Shown here: positions 49,811 to 59,372 of the stretch, piece after piece
How positions within the stretch are numbered: the first letter of the stretch is position 1
Layout of the letters: each line of letters opens with the position of its first letter
Origin: Alphaproteobacteria bacterium
GTDB taxonomy: Bacteria; Pseudomonadota; Alphaproteobacteria; Holosporales; JBOFFI01
Assembly (NCBI GenBank): GCA_051648545.1
Contig: JBOFFI010000035.1
Span: 4,225-68,224 of the forward strand
Reading direction: 5' to 3'
Length of the DNA stretch: 64,000 nucleotides
Translations under genes and position numbers: made by a program
Notes under the pieces: generated by a model
Seen by the model: only the letters and a program-made list of their open reading frames with translations
Told to the model about the DNA's origin: nothing
The model's database searches: none

Positions 49811-52336
49811 TTACAACGAGCGTTGAATTTCCTCAATTTCAAAACATTCGATGACATCACCTTCCCTGATATCTTGGTAGTTTTCAAAAGCCATACCACA
49901 TTCATAGCCTTCGCGCACTTCCTTGACTTCGTCTTTCAGGCGTTTCAAGGTTTTTAAAGACCCTTCATGGATGACAATATGATCCCTAAGCAAGCGCACT
50001 TTTGCACCTCGCTTAACCATCCCTTCCGTCACCATACAACCCGCAACTTTACCCGTTTTCGTCACATTAAAGACCTGACGAATCACGGCATTTCCTAAGA
50101 ATTGTTCTCGCAACGTTGGGGATAGAAGCCCAGAAAGTGCCGCCTTAACATCATCCAAAATGTTATAGATAACCGAATAATAGCGGATATCAAGACCTTC
50201 TTTTTTTGCAATTTCCCTGGCTTGAAGGTTTGCACGCACGTTAAACCCAACAATCAAAGCTCTCGAGGCTTTTGCGAGGACTGCATCGCTCTCTGTAATG
50301 GCACCCACAGCTCCATGCAACAAGCGTACCCGAACTTCTTCATGGGCGATCCCCTCCAAGCTGTTCGTTAAAGCTTCTAAAGATCCTTGGGTATCTACCT
50401 TTAAGATAAGTGGCAGCTCCACAACTTGGGTGTCAGTCCCCGAAGCCTTTGCCGTTAAAATTTCTTCCCAAGATTGGGAAGAAGCTGAAACAGCGACTTT
50501 TTTCTGGTGCGCCTGGCGCTCACGAAATTCTGCAACCTCACGGGCGCGTGCTTCATTATCCAAAGCAACAAACAGATCTCCTGCGGAAGGTGGCGCAGAA
50601 AAACCAGAAACCTCAACAGGCATCGAAGGCCCTGCGATGAGAACTTTTTTCCCACGATCATCGATCAGCGCACGCACGCGGCCCCATTCTTTCCCTGCTA
50701 CAAAAATATCACCCACTTTAAGGGTTCCTTTTTGAACCAAAATGGTCGCAACAGGCCCACGCCCTTTTTCAAGCCGTGCCTCAACTACAACCCCTTCAGC
50801 TAAACGGTCTGGATTTGCTTTTAAATCCAAAATTTCCGCTTGTAAGAGAATGGTTTCTTCCAATTTATCCAAATTTAGACCTGTTTTAGCAGACACCTCT
50901 ACGTCTAAAACATCTCCCCCAAGGTGCTCTAGAATAATTTCATGATGAAGCAGCATCTGCCTGACATGATCCGGATTAGCACCAGGTTTATCGATTTTGT
51001 TAATGGCGACTACAATAGGAACACCCGCGGCTTTAGCATGATGGATTGCTTCAATGGTTTGGTCCTTCACGCCATCATCTGCTGCCACCACAAGCACCAC
51101 GATGTCTGTTACATGTGCCCCCCGGGAACGCATTTCTGTAAAAGCTGCATGGCCTGGCGTGTCAATGAAGGTAATTCGTTTGCCGGAAGGGAGAGAAACT
51201 TGGTAGGCTCCGATATGCTGAGTAATGCCCCCGGCCTCAGAAGCCACTTGATTTGTCTTACGCAGAGCATCCAAAAGTGACGTTTTTCCATGATCCACAT
51301 GGCCCATCACCGTAACAACAGGGGCCCTTGTTATTAAGTGTTCTTGGGTATCTTCTTGAAGTGTCAAATCTCGCTCAATATCAGACTCAGATGTGCGGGT
51401 CACCCGGTGCCCTAATTCATTGGCAACTAATTCAGCTGTTTCACCATCGATAGATTGATTTTGGGTTACCAAAACCCCCATGTTCATCAATATTTTGATG
51501 ACATCTCCCACTTTTTCAGCCATGCGACTGGCAAGCTCTTGAACAGTAATAAAGTCAGGTATTGTAAAGTCTCGAAGCACTTTTTGGGCAGAATTTTGTT
51601 GGGAGGAGACCTGTTTTTTCCTCCGTTTTTTCCCAAAACCACGCCTTGATGTAGAACCATCTTCATCTTCTTCGTCAGAAGATCGCCAAGCTACTTGTTT
51701 AAGAGAACGGCGCACATCCGTTTTGCGTACATCAGTAGAATCTGCTCGCCCTGGGCGTCGTTTAGGCGCTGCCTCTTCTCCCTCTTCATTCGTCCGTTCT
51801 TTTGGCGGGTGCACAACCCGAGGGGGGGATTTTTTCTTTTCAATAATCTTAATGCCAAGGGAAAGGTCTAAAGGCAGAGCTGGCGGCTCTTCTTTAAAAT
51901 TTGATACATTTTGAGGTGTTTCTTCAGATGTAAAGGTTTTTCCTTGCTGTTTTTCTTCAGCCTCCGCAGCACGCTGTAGCTTCAGCTCTGCAGCCTGTTT
52001 TTCAGCAAGCAAAGCATCTTCAGCAGCCGTTTGCATAGCCTCTTTCAAAACCCGCAGACGCGTATCATGCTCTTCATGGGTAAGACGAGAGGGATCCGCA
52101 GAAAATCGAGGAGATGTCCCCCCTTGAAAAATTTCAGACAGCTTCTCAGATTCAGGACCTGATGGGTGATGCAACCGCTTTTTCTTTACCTCAACCGTAA
52201 CTGTTTTTGACCGACCATGAGAAAAACTTTGCCGCACTTGGTTCAAACCCATAGGTTTTTTCCCACCAATGGTTTTACCAAGGGAAAGCGGTTTTTTTTC
52301 TTTTTCGGGTGTTGGGTCTTGGGAATGGTCCCCCAT
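49811..52336 (-). CDS. infB: Translation initiation factor IF-2
   Basis: 841 aa. G-domain [25 protein letters not shown]. Confidence 0.95.
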   Translation of the reverse strand: MGDHSQDPTPEKEKKPLSLGKTIGGKKPMGLNQVRQSFSHGRSKTVTVEVKKKRLHHPSGPESEKLSEIFQGGTSPRFSADPSRLTHEEHDTRLRVLKEAMQTAAEDALLAEKQAAELKLQRAAEAEEKQQGKTFTSEETPQNVSNFKEEPPALPLDLSLGIKIIEKKKSPPRVVHPPKERTNEEGEEAAPKRRPGRADSTDVRKTDVRRSLKQVAWRSSDEEDEDGSTSRRGFGKKRRKKQVSSQQNSAQKVLRDFTIPDFITVQELASRMAEKVGDVIKILMNMGVLVTQNQSIDGETAELVANELGHRVTRTSESDIERDLTLQEDTQEHLITRAPVVTVMGHVDHGKTSLLDALRKTNQVASEAGGITQHIGAYQVSLPSGKRITFIDTPGHAAFTEMRSRGAHVTDIVVLVVAADDGVKDQTIEAIHHAKAAGVPIVVAINKIDKPGANPDHVRQMLLHHEIILEHLGGDVLDVEVSAKTGLNLDKLEETILLQAEILDLKANPDRLAEGVVVEARLEKGRGPVATILVQKGTLKVGDIFVAGKEWGRVRALIDDRGKKVLIAGPSMPVEVSGFSAPPSAGDLFVALDNEARAREVAEFRERQAHQKKVAVSASSQSWEEILTAKASGTDTQVVELPLILKVDTQGSLEALTNSLEGIAHEEVRVRLLHGAVGAITESDAVLAKASRALIVGFNVRANLQAREIAKKEGLDIRYYSVIYNILDDVKAALSGLLSPTLREQFLGNAVIRQVFNVTKTGKVAGCMVTEGMVKRGAKVRLLRDHIVIHEGSLKTLKRLKDEVKEVREGYECGMAFENYQDIREGDVIECFEIEEIQRSL

Positions 52337-52349
52337 TCACTCTCTCCTT

Positions 52350-53858
52350 CTAAAACTGAGCTTCATCTTTGAACCAGTGGGCTCTGGAAGCCATCACAAT
52401 CTCGTTAGCTCTTTCGAGGTTAAGCTTTGTATTAACTACAAGCTCTTGCAGCTCAAACCCAGATAGCTCAGCGAGATCATCCAATGTTTTAATCCCTTTT
52501 TCTGCAAGCTCTGCTAATAAGGACGGCGTTAATTGCTCAAGAGCAGCGAGCTCTTCGCTCCCTCCCAATTGTTCAAAACGGTCCATCATCTCAGTGGTCT
52601 GTTTTTCTAAAAAGGTTTTTGCCCGGTTTTGCAGCTCACAGACAACTTCTTCTGTAAAGCCTTCCAGAGATAACAGCTCTTCCAGTGGGACAAAAGCAAT
52701 TTCTTCAACTGTTTCAAATCCCTCCAAAACCAATAGGTGGGCGATGACATCGTCTACGTCCAGCGCATCAATGAAAAGCTTAGTTCTAGATTGGGTTTCT
52801 GCGGTCCGACGCCTAGATTCTTCCGCTTCTGTTAGAATATCAATGGCCATACCTGTTAGCTCATGGGCTAATCTCACATTCTGGCCCCTTCTGCCAATAG
52901 CCAGACTCAATTGATCATCTGGCACCACCACTTCCAATCGTCTAGATTCTTCTCCAAACACAACTTTTGAAACTTCTGCCGGCGCCAAAGCGTTTACAAC
53001 AAACGTTGCAATATCTGGAGACCAAGGAATAATATCAATTTTTTCGCCCTGAAGCTCTTGAATCACAGCTTGAACCCTGCTGCCACGCATTCCCACGCAA
53101 GACCCCACAGGGTCAATGGATGAATCGTTGGAGAACACTGCCATCTTAGCCCGGCTCCCGGCATCCCTGGCAACAGCTTTGATAACAATATGCCCGTCAT
53201 AAATCTCAGCAACTTCTTGCTTGAAAAGCTCCGCCATAAACTGGGGATGGGTTCTAGAGAGAAAAATTTGAGGACCTTTGGCTTCGCGACGAACTTCCTT
53301 AATATAAGCTCGAACCCTGTCTCCTATCTTAAATTTTTCCCGCGGGATAAGCTCATCCCGCCTCAAAAAACCTTCAGCTTTACCCAGGTCTAAGAAATAA
53401 TTATCAAACTCAACCCGACGAACTGACCCGTTGACAACTTCGCCAACACGATCTTGGAATTCACCATATTGAATTTGACGCTCTGCTTCTCGGATATGAG
53501 ATAAAATCGTTTGTTTAGCAGTTTGCGCATCCACCCAACCAAATTCGATGTTTGGAAGGGGCTCAATATGAAAGTCTCCTTCGCGTAAGTCCAAACCCAT
53601 CGTCTGGACATCCTCTAAATTTAGCTGGGTGGGCACGTGGGAAATTTCAGAAACAATTTCACGATAACGTTTGAGCTGCATCTGTCCCGTTTGCCTATCG
53701 ATATGAACCCGAATATCATGGTCCTTTCCATAGCGCGCACGCGCAACTTTCTGCAACGCTTGCTCCATGGCCTCCAGGATATCCTCTCTAGGAATCCCTT
53801 TCTCCTGGGCAAGCGCCGTAGCTACCTGAATAATTTCATGCCGACCGATCTCTGTCAT
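52350..53858 (-). CDS. nusA: Transcription termination/antitermination factor NusA
   Basis: 502 aa. S1 and KH domains and a C-terminal acidic repeat region. Lies in the rimP-nusA-infB order. Confidence 0.95.
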   Translation of the reverse strand: MTEIGRHEIIQVATALAQEKGIPREDILEAMEQALQKVARARYGKDHDIRVHIDRQTGQMQLKRYREIVSEISHVPTQLNLEDVQTMGLDLREGDFHIEPLPNIEFGWVDAQTAKQTILSHIREAERQIQYGEFQDRVGEVVNGSVRRVEFDNYFLDLGKAEGFLRRDELIPREKFKIGDRVRAYIKEVRREAKGPQIFLSRTHPQFMAELFKQEVAEIYDGHIVIKAVARDAGSRAKMAVFSNDSSIDPVGSCVGMRGSRVQAVIQELQGEKIDIIPWSPDIATFVVNALAPAEVSKVVFGEESRRLEVVVPDDQLSLAIGRRGQNVRLAHELTGMAIDILTEAEESRRRTAETQSRTKLFIDALDVDDVIAHLLVLEGFETVEEIAFVPLEELLSLEGFTEEVVCELQNRAKTFLEKQTTEMMDRFEQLGGSEELAALEQLTPSLLAELAEKGIKTLDDLAELSGFELQELVVNTKLNLERANEIVMASRAHWFKDEAQF

Positions 53859-53881
53859 GCGTTTCTTTCCCTTTTTTCACC

Positions 53882-54976
53882 CTATTCCTTATCTACGTCT
53901 TCCTTAAACCTCTCTTCAGATCGAGGACGGTCTCCAAAAGAGCGCCTTTCGCCATCATCACGCCGTGGCGGACGATCTCCAAAAGAGCGCCTTTCGCCAT
54001 CATCACGCCGTGGACGATCTCCAAAAGAGCGCCTTTCGCCATCATCACGCCGTGGCGGACGGTCTCCAAAAGAGCGCCTTTCGCCATCATCACGCCGTGG
54101 CGGACGGTCTCCAAAGGGACGCCTTTCGCCATCACGCCGTGGCGGACGATCCCCAAAGGGACGCCTTTCACCGTCATCGCGTCGTGGACGATCTCCGAAG
54201 GAACGCCTTTCGCCGCCATCACGCTGCGGGCGATCTCTGTCATCAGATTTTTCCCATTCTTTTTTGGGTTCTTCGCCTTGCTCAGAGCGATAAACTTTCT
54301 CAAACTGTGGTGGCTGAGATTTCCTTGGTTTTCCGGCTTCCTCTTCTTCCCCTTCCATATCATCCAGGGCTTCCAGTTCAACTGCCTCTGATTCCGGAGT
54401 TTCTCCTTCAGTGGGCTCTATCTCCTGAGTCTCAATTTCAACAGTTTCTACTTCTGGGGTTTCCCCTTCTGTTGGTTCCATTTCCAAAATTTCCATTTCA
54501 ACTGCTTCCACTTCCGGGGTTTCCCCATTAACTAACTTTGCGTTCACGATACATTTCCATTCAAAAAAAAGAGGCTCCTGTTGTGGCAATGCTAAAAAAA
54601 TCCCTCTTTCTTCTACTTTTTCCAGCGCACCTTGAAATTGTTTCCGCCCATCCTCTCCAGGATGCACATTGATTTTGATTGTTCGTCCGGAAAAACGAAC
54701 AAAATCCTTTGGTTTGACGATAGGTCGCTCCGAACCCGGCGAAGTAACCTCTAAAATATAGCGTTGCTCCAAAGGGTCTTCAACGTCTAAAAGCGCTGAA
54801 ACGGCTTTGCTAACCCGTGTACAATCTTCAAGACTGACAGGGTGCCCGTCGACACGATCAATCATCACCTGCAAAACAGGACGTTTTGCTTTTGATAAAA
54901 TTACCCTAACAACATCATAGCCCATAGATTCAATAGAAGGCTCAAGCATTTCTTGAATCAATTGCACTTTTGACAT
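53882..54976 (-). CDS. rimP: Ribosome maturation factor RimP with a ~214-aa repetitive C-terminal extension
   Basis: 364 aa. aa 1-150 look like canonical RimP (LEPSIESMGYDVVRV...LEVTSPGSERP). aa 151-210 are three acidic 20-aa repeats. aa 247-352 are eight DGERRSFGDRP(P)RR repeats. Confidence 0.85.
   Translation of the reverse strand: MSKVQLIQEMLEPSIESMGYDVVRVILSKAKRPVLQVMIDRVDGHPVSLEDCTRVSKAVSALLDVEDPLEQRYILEVTSPGSERPIVKPKDFVRFSGRTIKINVHPGEDGRKQFQGALEKVEERGIFLALPQQEPLFFEWKCIVNAKLVNGETPEVEAVEMEILEMEPTEGETPEVETVEIETQEIEPTEGETPESEAVELEALDDMEGEEEEAGKPRKSQPPQFEKVYRSEQGEEPKKEWEKSDDRDRPQRDGGERRSFGDRPRRDDGERRPFGDRPPRRDGERRPFGDRPPRRDDGERRSFGDRPPRRDDGERRSFGDRPRRDDGERRSFGDRPPRRDDGERRSFGDRPRSEERFKEDVDKE
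53921..54238 (-). repeat. In-frame tandem repeat, 42/45-nt period, ~8 copies (DGERRSFGDRPPRR units)
   Basis: On the plus strand the GGACG unit starts are at 53925, 53970, 54012, 54057, 54102, 54144, 54186 and about 54228. Confidence 0.85.
54347..54526 (-). repeat. In-frame tandem repeat, 60-nt period, 3 copies (acidic GETPEVEAVEMEILEMEPTE units)
   Basis: aa 151-210 of the RimP ORF. Confidence 0.75.
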
Positions 54977-55004
54977 CTATTTTTTGGACCTTCAGCTTGC
55001 TTCA

Positions 55005-55037
55005 ATAAAAAAAGGGGCGAAATCTCACCCCTTTTTA
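55005..55037 (-). terminator. Hairpin terminator (bidirectional shape) between the 55149 gene and rimP
   Basis: AAGGGG-N10-CCCCTT flanked by A7 upstream and T-rich sequence downstream. On the minus strand the hairpin is followed by T7. Confidence 0.4.
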
Positions 55038-55148
55038 AATTTATTTCTGGATAAAAACTATCCGCTCATCATACGTCATTTTTGCAAAAAAGCAACTTTT
55101 TTTAACGAAAAAAATAGGATAGTGCGTGAGGACCTTCAGGTGCTCAAT

Positions 55149-55577
55149 TTATTCTATTTTCAAAAGCTTTTCTTTTGCGTGACGCAAGCGTGCTCTATAT
55201 GCGTTGGACAGCTTTTTTAATTTTTTCGCTTGCTGCAACTTTGCTTCATAAGCCTCAAGAATTTGGGACTGATCAGCCAATTCATCAAGTTCTAAGATTT
55301 TGAGAGCCTCTTCTCTATTTAAAGGTGATGCCAGTAATTTGGGTTTTTTGGAAATATGATATTTGTGCTTAATCCATAAAAGCAAAAGCACCAGAGCCAA
55401 TGCTGTTGCATGGGGGATGCGGCCTGAAATCACAAACAACACTAAACTGATGCTTAAAAGGGTGAGACTGCTCCATTGCAGGATTTCTGTTAATACATGG
55501 CTATTGGCTTGGGAAAGGCCTCTTAAAAAAAGCAAAAAAAGAATCAACCCGATGGCGGCGATGAAAAAAAGTGGCAC
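55149..55577 (-). CDS. Small membrane protein with C-terminal J-like domain lacking HPD
   Basis: 142 aa, GTG start. Two to three N-terminal TM helices, then REEALKILELDELADQSQILEAYEAKLQQAKKL, which resembles J-domain helices I-II without the HPD tripeptide. Confidence 0.4.
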   Translation of the reverse strand: MPLFFIAAIGLILFLLFLRGLSQANSHVLTEILQWSSLTLLSISLVLFVISGRIPHATALALVLLLLWIKHKYHISKKPKLLASPLNREEALKILELDELADQSQILEAYEAKLQQAKKLKKLSNAYRARLRHAKEKLLKIE

Positions 55578-55688
55578 GAAACCGTTTCCCTTAAGCTTTG
55601 AATACGCAAGAGCCCATGGTAACCAACCCCAATCCGTTCGTCAAACACAAACGCCCACATTTAAAATACCTTCCAAACCCGTGAAAGG

Positions 55689-56036
55689 CTAATTTTTAGA
55701 CAGCTTGGATAGGCCGGCAAGGTGCTCGAAATTTTCTGGGGTTGGGTTTTGATAGGTGACCTCCAATATTTCTAGATTTGAAAAAACCTTAATCATTTCA
55801 AAAATAGGTTGTGTTGCTTGCCCAATAACCAAGTGCTTTAAATTGGTTAGCTGGCTAAGCTTTGATAACGCTTTGGAATCATGGGAACAAGATAAATTCA
55901 ATTTTTCTAATTTATGAAAGGTTCCAAGGGTTTCCATATCCTGTGAAGAAAGATTAAAATGCTTGGAAATTTCAAGGGTCGTTAAAATGGACGGGTCAAG
56001 CTATTTGAGGTGCTTTGAAAGGTTATCTCTGGAAGA
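55689..56036 (-). pseudogene. Fragment of an LRR protein gene interrupted by an in-frame stop
   Basis: The reading frame ...SSRDNLSKHLK*LDPSILTTLEISKHFNLSSQDMETLGTFHKLEKLNLSCSHDSKALSKLSQLTNLKHLVIG...SNLEILEVT...LAGLSKLSKN has a TAG at 56003-56001. There is no N-terminal region or signal. The LRR type differs from the three intact paralogs. Confidence 0.55.
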
Positions 56037-56095
56037 AAAATAAAGACCACTTTAGGGATAGAATTTATCTTCTCCAGGTTTGGCATATTCAAATT

Positions 56096-56326
56096 TTATT
56101 TCTTCTTGAGAAATTTTGACAACGGCTTGGGAGGCTTGCCCGGGTAAGCCTTGAAGCTTAAACCAAAAGATTCTTCAAGTTCACACCAATTAATTTTTCC
56201 TGCCAAAATAAACAAGGGATCTAGAGGGTTCAGCTGGTTGGACAAATGTTTTTTAAAAATTTCACTTTGAGATATATCGATTTTTGACGGTTTCATATTG
56301 CAAGCTTTCGATGGGGGATGCTCCAT
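56096..56326 (-). mobile_element. Truncated IS5-family transposase N-terminal fragment (DUF772-like)
   Basis: 76 aa only. LNPLDPLFILAGKINWCELEESFGLSFKAYPGKPPKP fits the pattern HxL..LA..IDW..LE..F...Y...GRPG.P of the InsH/IS5 N-terminal domain. No DDE domain follows. Confidence 0.55.
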
Positions 56327-56382
56327 TTTTTGTAGTTATTTTACCTTAGTCAGCGAAAAAAAACGCAATACAACAGGTTCCT

Positions 56383-56628
56383 CTATTTTTTAGGGCCGAC
56401 TAGATAAGGGGTAATTGCGTTTGTAGCCAAAGCGATAAACCCGGTGTCAATACTAATCTTTCCATCTGATGTATGGACATCGATTGTACGGCTATGACCT
56501 CCTATATAATCATTTTTTTCATAAATTTTGATAGTGTGATGAAGATATAACGAGTAGGCAATTCCTAAACCTGAAATACCTGTGCCGATAATCGCTATAT
56601 TTCCACGTTTTTCCAAAAAATCAGTCAT
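56383..56628 (-). pseudogene. N-terminal fragment of an NAD(P)/FAD-dependent (amine-oxidase-type) oxidoreductase
   Basis: 81 aa. Dinucleotide-binding NIAIIGTGISGLGIAYSL...IYEKNDYIGGHSRT...IDTGFI, then the sequence diverges and stops. Full-length relatives are several-fold longer. Confidence 0.6.
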
Positions 56629-56631
56629 GAT

Positions 56632-57552
56632 TTATGACCCAAATATTTTTGAAAAAGACTGTTCAATTGTTGGATAAGAAAATTCAAACCCATGCCGAAG
56701 CACTTTTTCAGGCAATACTTTTTGTCCATTAATCATAATTTCTTCTGCCATTTGTCCAAAAATCAATTTAAAAACAAAGGCTGGAGTTTTCAAAAAGCAG
56801 GGTCTATGGATTGCTTCTGCAAGAGCTAAAGAAAATTCTTTGTGGGTGATGGGGTTGGGGGATGTGGCGTTGACTGGCCCATCAATATTTTGGTGATGGA
56901 TTATAAATAAAATTAATTTAATGAGATCAGTTCTATCAATCCAAGATAACCATTGTTGTCCATCACCAATTTGACTGCCTAGACCTAGATAAAAACTGGG
57001 CAAAACTTTTGCCAACATTCCGCCATCTTTTTCAAGAACGGGGCCAATTCTTAAAAGCACTGTTCTTATTCCTAACCCAACAGCATGGGATGCTTCATCT
57101 TCCCACGTCTTACAAAGTGAGCTTGCAAATTCTGAACGAATAGTTGAGGCACCATTTTCTTCAGTAAATGTTTTTTCATGATGCGCGCCATAATAACCCA
57201 CTCCAGAACCACTAAGAAACAAAGTTGGTTTTATTTTTTTAGATCGCATAAAATTCACAAGAGCTCGTGTTGTTGCAACCCGGCTGCTGTAAATGCGTTG
57301 TTTCGCATTGTCTGTCCATCGCTGTGCAATAGTTTCACCTGCGAGATTAATGAAAATATCGATATCAATATTTTGAATTTCATTAAGATTATTGAGATAA
57401 AATTTTGTTGGGTTATCTACTAATCCATTCAATTTTTCGTTCCGCGTGAGGATATATAATATATAGCCTTCTTTCAAAAGATGTTCGCAAAGCTGTTGGC
57501 CAATAAAGCCTGTGCCACCTGTTATCAATATTTTTTTTTGTTGCCTATTCAT
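56632..57552 (-). CDS. NAD-dependent epimerase/dehydratase, YfcH/TIGR01777-like (DUF1731 C-terminus)
   Basis: 306 aa. KILITGGTGFIGQQL at the N-terminus. Visibly lower GC than the surrounding core genes. Confidence 0.75.
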   Translation of the reverse strand: MNRQQKKILITGGTGFIGQQLCEHLLKEGYILYILTRNEKLNGLVDNPTKFYLNNLNEIQNIDIDIFINLAGETIAQRWTDNAKQRIYSSRVATTRALVNFMRSKKIKPTLFLSGSGVGYYGAHHEKTFTEENGASTIRSEFASSLCKTWEDEASHAVGLGIRTVLLRIGPVLEKDGGMLAKVLPSFYLGLGSQIGDGQQWLSWIDRTDLIKLILFIIHHQNIDGPVNATSPNPITHKEFSLALAEAIHRPCFLKTPAFVFKLIFGQMAEEIMINGQKVLPEKVLRHGFEFSYPTIEQSFSKIFGS

Positions 57553-58091
57553 GAAGGATCTCCTTTTTTTTGATCCAAAATTCTTCTTAAATTTTGCTTT
57601 GATCGGTCATTAAAATGATCGCTTTTCCCTAAGCATGCATCCTTTCCTGAATTTCTGGAATGAGGCCGCCCATGACGTAAAGGGAAGAAATCAAAAGAGC
57701 GTTATATCAGCCGGCTCCTCGCAAATCTTTTGATTTCTCCTCTGCCGCCTGATGCGCCAACACAGCAGCCCATTCAGCTGTGTTTGTGCCCCGAGAAGAT
57801 AAAAAACAAGCCGCAACATCAGAGCAATATGCGGCTTTTATAAGCCTGTCTCCCGATCCGCTAAATCTTCTTGCAACGTGCTGGCTATATGAGACACGCT
57901 ACATTTTAATAGACACATAAAATTCTTTAAAATTTAAAAAATTTTATACTTTTTTTAGCGTTTATTCAAATCTCATCGGGTGGTGAGGACTGTTTTCATA
58001 ATCTTTTGTCTCCCTTAGCGTTTGTCTATTTTTATCGAATAGAATCTAGATAGAGCATATCATGTGCTAGCGACAATGTTTTTTAAAAAAG

Positions 58092-58120
58092 TTGAACCTT
58101 GCGCAGAGAAACGTTACAAC
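58092..58120 (+). promoter_or_regulatory. Sigma70-like promoter upstream of tal
   Basis: TTGAAC (58092-58097), a 17-nt spacer, then TACAAC (58115-58120), about 35 nt before the ATG at 58156. Confidence 0.35.
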
Positions 58121-58155
58121 AAGCTCACACACATGAAAAAAAGGTTTTTAAGGTG

Positions 58156-58842
58156 ATGAAGCTGTTTCTAGATTCAACTTCTTTGGAAGAAATTCAAGCA
58201 GGTGTTGAGACGGGGTTGATTGATGGGGTTACAACCAACCCTTCCCTGGTGTTGCAATCAGGCCAGCCCCAAGAAAGTTTAATCCGTTCCATTTGTGAAA
58301 ATGTGGAAGGCCCTGTCAGCGTTGAGGTGACGACATTAGAAGCCGTAGACATGGTTCAAGAAGGCCGAACGTTCTCAAAATGGGCCCCTAATGTGGTGGT
58401 CAAAGTTCCCTTGACGGTGGAAGGGTTAAAAGCTTGTAGAAGCCTCCGCGCTGATGGTATTCCTGTCAATGTAACCCTTTGTTTTTCAGCCACTCAAGCC
58501 CTTCTTGCTGCAAAAGCAGGTGCAATCTTTATTTCCCCCTTTATAGGCAGGCTGGAAGACACGGGGGGAGATGGCCAGCTTCTGCTAGAAGACATGGATC
58601 GCCTGTTGGCCCAAGGCGTTTTTGAAGCTCAAATTTTAGCAGCTTCCATTCGTAGCCCTGCCCATGTTTTGATGGCGGCTCGGGCTGGCGCTGATGTCGT
58701 AACCCTTCCCTTCAGCGTGTTTCAGCAACTCTACCAACATCCTTTAACGGACAAAGGACTGGCCATTTTTATGGAAGCTGTTGCCAAAACTCCTACCCGC
58801 GGCTTAGAAGGTGGCCAGAAACCATTTTCTACGCGAAACTAG
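58156..58842 (+). CDS. tal: Transaldolase (short TalC / fructose-6-phosphate aldolase family)
   Basis: The track ORF opens at 58099. The ATG at 58156 follows AAGGTG and gives MKLFLDSTSLEEIQAGVETGLIDGVTTNPSLV, typical of the family. Has ISPFIGRLED. Confidence 0.88.
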   Translation: MKLFLDSTSLEEIQAGVETGLIDGVTTNPSLVLQSGQPQESLIRSICENVEGPVSVEVTTLEAVDMVQEGRTFSKWAPNVVVKVPLTVEGLKACRSLRADGIPVNVTLCFSATQALLAAKAGAIFISPFIGRLEDTGGDGQLLLEDMDRLLAQGVFEAQILAASIRSPAHVLMAARAGADVVTLPFSVFQQLYQHPLTDKGLAIFMEAVAKTPTRGLEGGQKPFSTRN

Positions 58843-58849
58843 TGGAAAC

Positions 58850-59260
58850 TTAAGAATTTGTGGCAGTCTCGTGTCTGTTTCTTTTGTAAATCATCACGTG
58901 AATACTCAGCAGCATCAAGCTCAAGATGAGCCAAGGAAGGTTTTTAATGAGATGTTGCAGATTTGATGCCTTAACCTTATGTGTTTCTTCTAGTTTCCAG
59001 GTTGCAAGCTCTTGTTTTTTGCGCTGCTCAATTGCTTCTAATGGCATTTTTTTCAGTTCATTGTACAGGATTTCAGAATGTTTTCTGGCTTCAACATAGC
59101 GCTCAGCCGTTTCAAATTCGGAAGGGGGCTGACGCATTTCCAGCTCTGGGAAAAAATAGAAAGAGGCATGGTTGATAGATCCCGCCAAGTTAATCAGCGC
59201 TATGAGCGTATAAACAAAGCAGGAGAGTAGCGTATAGGCTTGCAACAGATTTTTAAACAT
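58850..59260 (-). CDS. Hypothetical membrane protein
   Basis: 136 aa with two predicted TM segments (N-terminal and LPWLILSLMLLSIHVMIY). No recognised family. Confidence 0.45.
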   Translation of the reverse strand: MFKNLLQAYTLLSCFVYTLIALINLAGSINHASFYFFPELEMRQPPSEFETAERYVEARKHSEILYNELKKMPLEAIEQRKKQELATWKLEETHKVKASNLQHLIKNLPWLILSLMLLSIHVMIYKRNRHETATNS

Positions 59261-59372
59261 GTGGGCACGTTTCCTTTGTTTTTATGTTTTCTCTACACTC
59301 ACTCAAGATGAACGCATTGTATTAATTACACATAAATTTAAACTGTTAAACAATTTCATTTAGGATACCCCT

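Noticed and set aside
53637-54531. Plus-strand ORFs (218 aa and 188 aa) with SPKERLSPSSRRGGR-type repeats, and a second minus-strand frame (53893-54381).
   Set aside because: These are alternative-frame readings of the rimP tandem repeats. Only the 53882-54976 minus frame is contiguous with a recognisable RimP N-terminal domain and fits the rimP-nusA-infB operon.
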